DNA from: an uncultured Gammaproteobacteria bacterium
GTDB taxonomy: Bacteria; Patescibacteriota; Microgenomatia; UBA12405; JAHJSD01
Assembly: GCA_964428655.1 (NCBI GenBank)
Contig: CAYRYE010000001.1
Span: 218,258-282,257 of the forward strand
Length of the DNA: 64,000 bases
Direction: 5' to 3'
The notes under the pieces are model-generated. The model was not told the DNA's origin, did not search any database, and was given only the letters and a program-made list of their open reading frames with translations. Of the stretch, positions 58,850 through 64,000 are shown piece by piece. Numbering within the stretch: position 1 is the stretch's first letter; each line of letters opens with the position of its first letter. Position numbers and translations under genes: made by a program.

Positions 58850-60217
58850 ATGAAAAGGAGTTTGGCGAAAAAGACAATTTCAAAAATTGGTGAGAGAATT
58901 TTATTATTCGGTTGGGTGAATTCAATTAGGAAACACGGAAAGGTAACTTTTGTTGACCTTCGAGACCGTTCCGGCATTGTTCAGTTAGTTGGCGGCAAAG
59001 AATTGGGAGGATTAGGTCATGAGGATGTAATTAAAGTTACTGGCGAGGTTAAGAAAAGAGGGCAGAGATTGATTAATCCTCGATTGGAAACAGGTAAAGT
59101 AGAAATTAAGATTGAAAAATTAGAAGTTCTAACAAAAACTAAGCCGTTGCCTTTTGATATCCATGGTTCGGGACTGGAGATTGATGAACGGGTCCGCTTA
59201 AGATATCGCTATTTAGATCTTCGTCGATCCCGCATGGTTCAGAACCTTGAGCTTCGCCATCAGGTGATAAAATATATCCGTGATTTTCTTGACCAGCGCA
59301 AATTCATTGAGATAGAGACGCCAATCCTAACTAAGGCCACTCCTGAAGGAGCTCGTGATTTTATTGTTCCCTCACGTCTTCAGCGTGGTAAGTTTTATGC
59401 CCTTCCTCAATCACCCCAGCAGTATAAACAGCTTTTAATGGTAGCTGGTTTTGAGAAATATTATCAAATTGCTCGCTGTTTCCGTGATGAGGACCCTCGG
59501 GCTGATCGAGCCTATGGTGAATTTACTCAATTGGATTTAGAAATGTCGTTTATAACCCAAGAAGATATTCTTAAGCTCACGGAAAAATTTATGATTCGCC
59601 TGACGGAAGAGGTGGCCGAGAAGAAGGTTTATCAAAAACCTTTTCCAAGGATTTCTTATCAAGAAGCAATGAAACGTTTTGGTGATGATAAGTTTGATCT
59701 GCGCAAGAAAAAAGATTCTAGTGTTTTAGCTTTTGCTTGGGTAGTTGATTTTCCTCTTCTTAAACAGACTGAAACGCGGGAAATTGCTCCCTCTCATCAT
59801 CCTTTTACCGCTCCCAAGGATGAAGATGTTCCCTTGCTTGAAACTGAGCCAATGAAAGTTCGCTCTTGGCAGCACGATTTGATTTGTAATGGTTTAGAAG
59901 TGGGTGGCGGCAGCCTTCGGATCACTAATCCTGAGATCCAAAAGAAAGTCTTCAAGATTCTTGGTCACACAAAAAAAGAAATAGATCAAAAGTTTGGCCA
60001 TCTTTTAAAAGCTTTTGATTATGGCGTCCCGCCGCATGGCGGGATTGCTCTTGGTATTGATCGCCTAATGATGCTTTTTAGCGGCGAGAACAGCCTTCGC
60101 GAGGTTTTCGCTTTTCCCACTATTTCGTCAGGTAGAACAGCGGTGATGGATGCTCCCAGCAAGGTTGGGCCAGAACAGTTAAAAGAACTAGGAATTAAAG
60201 TAGTTAAGAAGAAATAG
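58850..60217 (+). CDS. aspS: Aspartate-tRNA ligase lacking the GAD domain
   Basis: FVDLRDRSG, LPQSPQ, CFRDED, EFTQLDLE, PPHGGIALGIDR. Confidence 0.95.
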   Translation: MKRSLAKKTISKIGERILLFGWVNSIRKHGKVTFVDLRDRSGIVQLVGGKELGGLGHEDVIKVTGEVKKRGQRLINPRLETGKVEIKIEKLEVLTKTKPLPFDIHGSGLEIDERVRLRYRYLDLRRSRMVQNLELRHQVIKYIRDFLDQRKFIEIETPILTKATPEGARDFIVPSRLQRGKFYALPQSPQQYKQLLMVAGFEKYYQIARCFRDEDPRADRAYGEFTQLDLEMSFITQEDILKLTEKFMIRLTEEVAEKKVYQKPFPRISYQEAMKRFGDDKFDLRKKKDSSVLAFAWVVDFPLLKQTETREIAPSHHPFTAPKDEDVPLLETEPMKVRSWQHDLICNGLEVGGGSLRITNPEIQKKVFKILGHTKKEIDQKFGHLLKAFDYGVPPHGGIALGIDRLMMLFSGENSLREVFAFPTISSGRTAVMDAPSKVGPEQLKELGIKVVKKK

Positions 60218-60225
60218 TAACAATC

Positions 60226-61158
60226 ATGGGTTGGGAGAAGTTAAGAAAACTCTTACTGTTTAATCTAGTAGCATTGTTGGAAGTTATTTTTATTCTTTTG
60301 GCAGCTAAGTTTATTATTTTCAACAAAGTGATTGCCGATTTTCAAATTAGCCCAAAATCCTTTCCAAAAACAAACAGGTTTGTTCCTCCCCCGGCAACTT
60401 CGGCCGAATCAATACTAGTGATGGATGTTGATTCGGGAGCAATTATTTTCCAAAAGAAACCTCATTTGAAATTACATCCGGCCTCAATTACCAAGATGGC
60501 AACGGCCATCACTGCTTTAGAAGCTTATCCAATTGATGAAGTGATTACTATTAAGGAAGAGTATTCTATTGGCAAGACGATGGAGTTATTAGCAGGGGAG
60601 AGGATCACAGTTGAGAATTTAATCTATGGTCTTTTGATTCATTCTGCTAATGATGCCGCTTACATTCTTGCTGGCCAAAATGATGAACAAGTGAGGCGCT
60701 TTGTCGAGCGCATGAACGATTTTGTTAGACGATTAGGTTTAAAAGAGACCAATTTTGTTAATTTTAACGGTGAGGATGATGAGGGCCATTATTCAACAGC
60801 TTTTGACTTAGCTCATTTGGCCAGATGGGCCTTGAAGAATAAAATCTTTTCCCAGGCGGTTCAGATTAAGAACGTGACTGTAGAAAGTGTTGATGGCTTA
60901 ATTGAGCATCAGCTTGAAGCTACTAATGAACTTTTAGATGTTCTTCCTGAAGTTAGAGGAATAAAAACCGGCTGGACTCCCCAAGCGGGGGAATGTTTTA
61001 TTGGTTTAATTGACTTGGGTGATCATCAGTTGATTACTGTGATTTTGGGTAGTCAAGATCGTTTCCTTGAAACAAGAAAATTAATTGATTGGTCTAAAGA
61101 AGCTGTTTCTTGGTTAGATTACGATTCTGACCATTCAATTGGCGGAGCCGGAACATAG
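60226..61158 (+). CDS. D-alanyl-D-alanine carboxypeptidase (peptidase S11)
   Basis: PASITK (SxxK), SAN, KTG motifs; N-terminal TM. Confidence 0.92.
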   Translation: MGWEKLRKLLLFNLVALLEVIFILLAAKFIIFNKVIADFQISPKSFPKTNRFVPPPATSAESILVMDVDSGAIIFQKKPHLKLHPASITKMATAITALEAYPIDEVITIKEEYSIGKTMELLAGERITVENLIYGLLIHSANDAAYILAGQNDEQVRRFVERMNDFVRRLGLKETNFVNFNGEDDEGHYSTAFDLAHLARWALKNKIFSQAVQIKNVTVESVDGLIEHQLEATNELLDVLPEVRGIKTGWTPQAGECFIGLIDLGDHQLITVILGSQDRFLETRKLIDWSKEAVSWLDYDSDHSIGGAGT

Positions 61159-62177
61159 CCCCAGAAGTTATTATCTCCTTGAAAAACAAAAATTGGTTGT
61201 AAAAATCGAGCCAATGCGGGTGGATTAAAGTAACCCATAGAAATCTTTCTTATCTTAACGGAGCTGGTTTGACTGCCATCAAAAGAAGCCAAAAAGTATT
61301 TTCCGGATTTAATTTCATCCCAAGCTTGTTGAATGGTTTTTAAAGGGTAAGTGCCGAATTTTTCTTGATCGATAGGGAAATGAGTGTATTTTACCTCGAC
61401 TACATTTTTACTCTGAATCTCTATGCCGGAGATAAGGACTGAAACCAGGTCTTGGTTGGGGTTAGGGGGTAAAACAGAATATTTGTCGTCTATTTTGATT
61501 CTAGCAATATTAATTCGCATGAAATCGGCCTCTGATGGAGAAATAGCGGCCACCAATTTGTTTGTAGTTATTTTCCAATAAGTTGGTTTGTATTCCCCCT
61601 CCTTGAGATCACTAGTTAATTTGCCAATTCTTTCTAGAAATGTCTTCGTTATATTGATCGCTTCTGTTTCTGAAGGTAAAGAGGAAGGATTGATTAAAGT
61701 TTGATCACCCAGATAGGCGTATGAGTACTCAAAACTTTCGGTTAAGACGTTAATTTTCAACTGGGTGTTATTAATGGAGTTATCAAACCAATAGATATTT
61801 TCACTTATTTTTTTGGGTTTGGCGGTAAAGCCCAATTTCTCTGCTAAGCTGGTCGCTTTATCCAAAGACAAGAATCGGCCGCCAATTTGAGGGATAAAAT
61901 AGACTTTTTCAACACTTGGCAAGTCAGTTGGCAAGTGTCCTTCGGCGGTTTCTAATTGTAAATCGGTTGGTTTTTGGCTTTTTTCTTTGGGGAAACTAAT
62001 GGCCGGCAGTTTGCCGAAGGCAGTGTTTGGCGGCGGCGGCGGCGGTGGATGGAGCTTTCTCCAATAAGATTTAGCAATTCCAAAACTAGTTTTTAAAACA
62101 AAAAGGAGAACTAGAAAGATACTGGCGAATTTCACAAATTTGCGCGTATAGTAAGAGGTGATTGTCAATTGTGACAT
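61119..62177 (-). CDS. Hypothetical membrane-anchored protein
   Basis: TM helix, poly-Pro, FGKLP...QPIFVFQG; TGaTATACT 7 nt before the ATG. Confidence 0.8.
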   Translation of the reverse strand: MSQLTITSYYTRKFVKFASIFLVLLFVLKTSFGIAKSYWRKLHPPPPPPPNTAFGKLPAISFPKEKSQKPTDLQLETAEGHLPTDLPSVEKVYFIPQIGGRFLSLDKATSLAEKLGFTAKPKKISENIYWFDNSINNTQLKINVLTESFEYSYAYLGDQTLINPSSLPSETEAINITKTFLERIGKLTSDLKEGEYKPTYWKITTNKLVAAISPSEADFMRINIARIKIDDKYSVLPPNPNQDLVSVLISGIEIQSKNVVEVKYTHFPIDQEKFGTYPLKTIQQAWDEIKSGKYFLASFDGSQTSSVKIRKISMGYFNPPALARFLQPIFVFQGDNNFWGYVPAPPIEWSES

Positions 62178-62216
62178 TTTATCCAGTATATCAATCAGGT
62201 GTGTTAGAATTCAAAT

Positions 62217-63617
62217 ATGAGAGTCAAAACTCGTTTTGCTCCTAGCCCCACTGGCTTTATTCATGTTGGTAGTGCTTACAGTGCTCTTTTGGACTATGCT
62301 TTTGCCCGTAAGCACAGGGGTGAGTTTTTCCTAAGGATTGAGGATACTGATAAGAAAAGATATGTTAAGGAAACAGAGGAGATGATTTATAAAGGATTGG
62401 AATGGTTAGGCTTAAAACCAGATGGAGAACTAATCCGGCAGTCAGAGCGATTGGGGATTTATAAAAAATATGCGGAGGGGTTGGTAGAAAAAGGTTATGC
62501 CTATTACTGCTTTTGCTCCCTGGAGCGATTAGAAGAAATAAGACAAAAAAAAAGAAAAAAAAGTCAACCGCCAATGTATGACCGGCTTTGCCGCAAGATC
62601 AACTTAAAAAAGGCAAAAGAGCGAATTGCCAAGGGTGAAGGTTATGTCATTAGAATGATAATTCCGGATAATGAAAAAATTGTTGTTAATGATTTGATTC
62701 GTGGTGAAGTTGTCTTTGATAGTGATTTAATTGATGACCAAATTTTACTTAAAGCTGATGGTTTTCCCACTTATCACCTGGCGGCAATAGTTGATGATCA
62801 TTTAATGAAAATTACCCATGTGATTCGGGGCGAAGAGTGGCTACCTTCGGCGCCAAAACACGTTTTGCTTTATCAATATTTTGGTTGGAAAATGCCAATT
62901 TTTATGCATACTCCAACACTAAGAAATCCTGATAAAAGCAAACTCAGTAAAAGAAAAAGCCATACTTCTCTTGGTTGGTATCAGGAGCAGGGATTTTTGC
63001 CCGAGGTTTTACTTAATTTTTTAGCTCTTTTGGGTTGGTCTCATCCGGAAGAAAAAGAAATATTTTCCTTAGATGAATTTATCAGACTTTTTGATTTAAA
63101 AGATGTTTCTCCCATTGGCCCTGTTTTTGATTTGACTAAATTAGAATGGATGAACGGGGTCTATATTCGCAGTAAGAAGAATAGTGAGCTTGCTGAACTA
63201 TTAAAACCATTTTTGCCCAAGATGACGCCAAAACAAATTGCCATAGCGGTACCTCTGATTAAAGAAAGAATTAAAAAACTCTCTGAAGCAAGAGATTTAT
63301 TGGAATTTATTTGGTCTTGCAGAGAGCCTTCCCGAAAACTTTTACTTCAGCGGGGATTAAATAAAAAACAGGCAAAAGAAATGCTTAAAAAAACTAAAGA
63401 AATAATTAGTAAAGTGGGCATTGAAAATACAGAAAGACTCCAAAAGAGATTACTTCAATTAATTAAAGAAAATAATTGGAATACGGGCGCTTTTTTCATG
63501 CTTTTTCGAATCGCTGTCACTGGCAAAAAAATTACCCCGCCAATTATTGAGTCATTACTGTTGATTGGCCAAGAGGAAGTTCTCAAAAGGCTTGATTCAG
63601 CAGTAAAAAAGCTCTAA
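62217..63617 (+). CDS. gltX: Glutamate-tRNA ligase
   Basis: RFAPSPTGFIHVG, RIEDTD, RGEEW, KLSKR. Confidence 0.97.
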   Translation: MRVKTRFAPSPTGFIHVGSAYSALLDYAFARKHRGEFFLRIEDTDKKRYVKETEEMIYKGLEWLGLKPDGELIRQSERLGIYKKYAEGLVEKGYAYYCFCSLERLEEIRQKKRKKSQPPMYDRLCRKINLKKAKERIAKGEGYVIRMIIPDNEKIVVNDLIRGEVVFDSDLIDDQILLKADGFPTYHLAAIVDDHLMKITHVIRGEEWLPSAPKHVLLYQYFGWKMPIFMHTPTLRNPDKSKLSKRKSHTSLGWYQEQGFLPEVLLNFLALLGWSHPEEKEIFSLDEFIRLFDLKDVSPIGPVFDLTKLEWMNGVYIRSKKNSELAELLKPFLPKMTPKQIAIAVPLIKERIKKLSEARDLLEFIWSCREPSRKLLLQRGLNKKQAKEMLKKTKEIISKVGIENTERLQKRLLQLIKENNWNTGAFFMLFRIAVTGKKITPPIIESLLLIGQEEVLKRLDSAVKKL

Positions 63618-63998
63618 CTAGGATCTCCGCGAGCCAAATTTAACATTAAAAATCTTTTGAAGTTTGTCTCCAAAAATATCTAAATTCACTTTTGTTCTGG
63701 GTAAATAATCACTTAGTGAATCTTTAAAGCGCAAGTTTCTAACCACTTTTTCTTTCTTAATTTCGTCTATTTCTCTAATAAAGTATTCCGCCTCTTTTAA
63801 GTCTTTCTGACCGAGCTCCCAGTTTTTGTTTGCCTTGGGCCAAGTAGTTTGATGAACACTGGTCTTTTTTTTGTTTTTTCTAAACAATTGCTGGTAAATT
63901 TCCTCGGTGATAAAAGGAAGAATGGGGGCGTAAAGCTTAAGGATATTTAATAGACAAGAATAAAGAATATACTTGGTTGCTTCTTCGTCAGTCCTGTG
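63618..63998 (-). CDS. valS: Class Ia aminoacyl-tRNA ligase C-terminus, probably valyl (5'-partial)
   Basis: Frame open to the window end: LKLYAPILPFITEEIYQ...SVH...WP anticodon-binding domain. Confidence 0.65.
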   Translation of the reverse strand, partial: HRTDEEATKYILYSCLLNILKLYAPILPFITEEIYQQLFRKNKKKTSVHQTTWPKANKNWELGQKDLKEAEYFIREIDEIKKEKVVRNLRFKDSLSDYLPRTKVNLDIFGDKLQKIFNVKFGSRRS

Positions 63999-64000
63999 TT

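Noticed and set aside
62030-62049. (GGC)n run
   Set aside because: Simply encodes the poly-proline linker of the minus-strand membrane protein

Overview
AT-rich bacterial chromosome segment in genetic code 11, most likely Patescibacteria/CPR (Microgenomates-like). This is inferred from the missing rpmD/L30 in the spc operon, a GAD-less AspRS, a compact RNase P RNA and many CPR-type hypothetical genes. 1-21.4 kb holds the 3' part of rpoC and the fused str-S10-spc-alpha-rplM/rpsI cluster. 21.4-28.8 kb holds iscSU and a variable region at the 3' side of tRNA-Pro(GGG): an integrase-less attC cassette remnant, a HinP1I-like (GCGC) R-M system with vsr, and a lexA + 333-aa unknown gene pair, the last two bracketed by an 8-bp direct repeat. 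Next come recA, rny, HU, an ABC-2 exporter with four permeases, ruvCAB, accessory genes and a TRM11-like methylase. The most striking region is 43.1-45.5 kb upstream of ychF. It appears to contain four dead ychF 5' ends, all broken within the first beta-strand, interleaved with cargo (an inactivated HNH nuclease and an NTase-GNAT fusion), suggesting repeated gene capture at the ychF start with replacement of its N-terminus. The rest is ychF, miaA, an AI-2E transporter, rnpB, secDF, cca, recJ, aspS, a D,D-carboxypeptidase, gltX and the end of a probable valS. All calls are by eye from motifs and sequence comparison; no searches were run.
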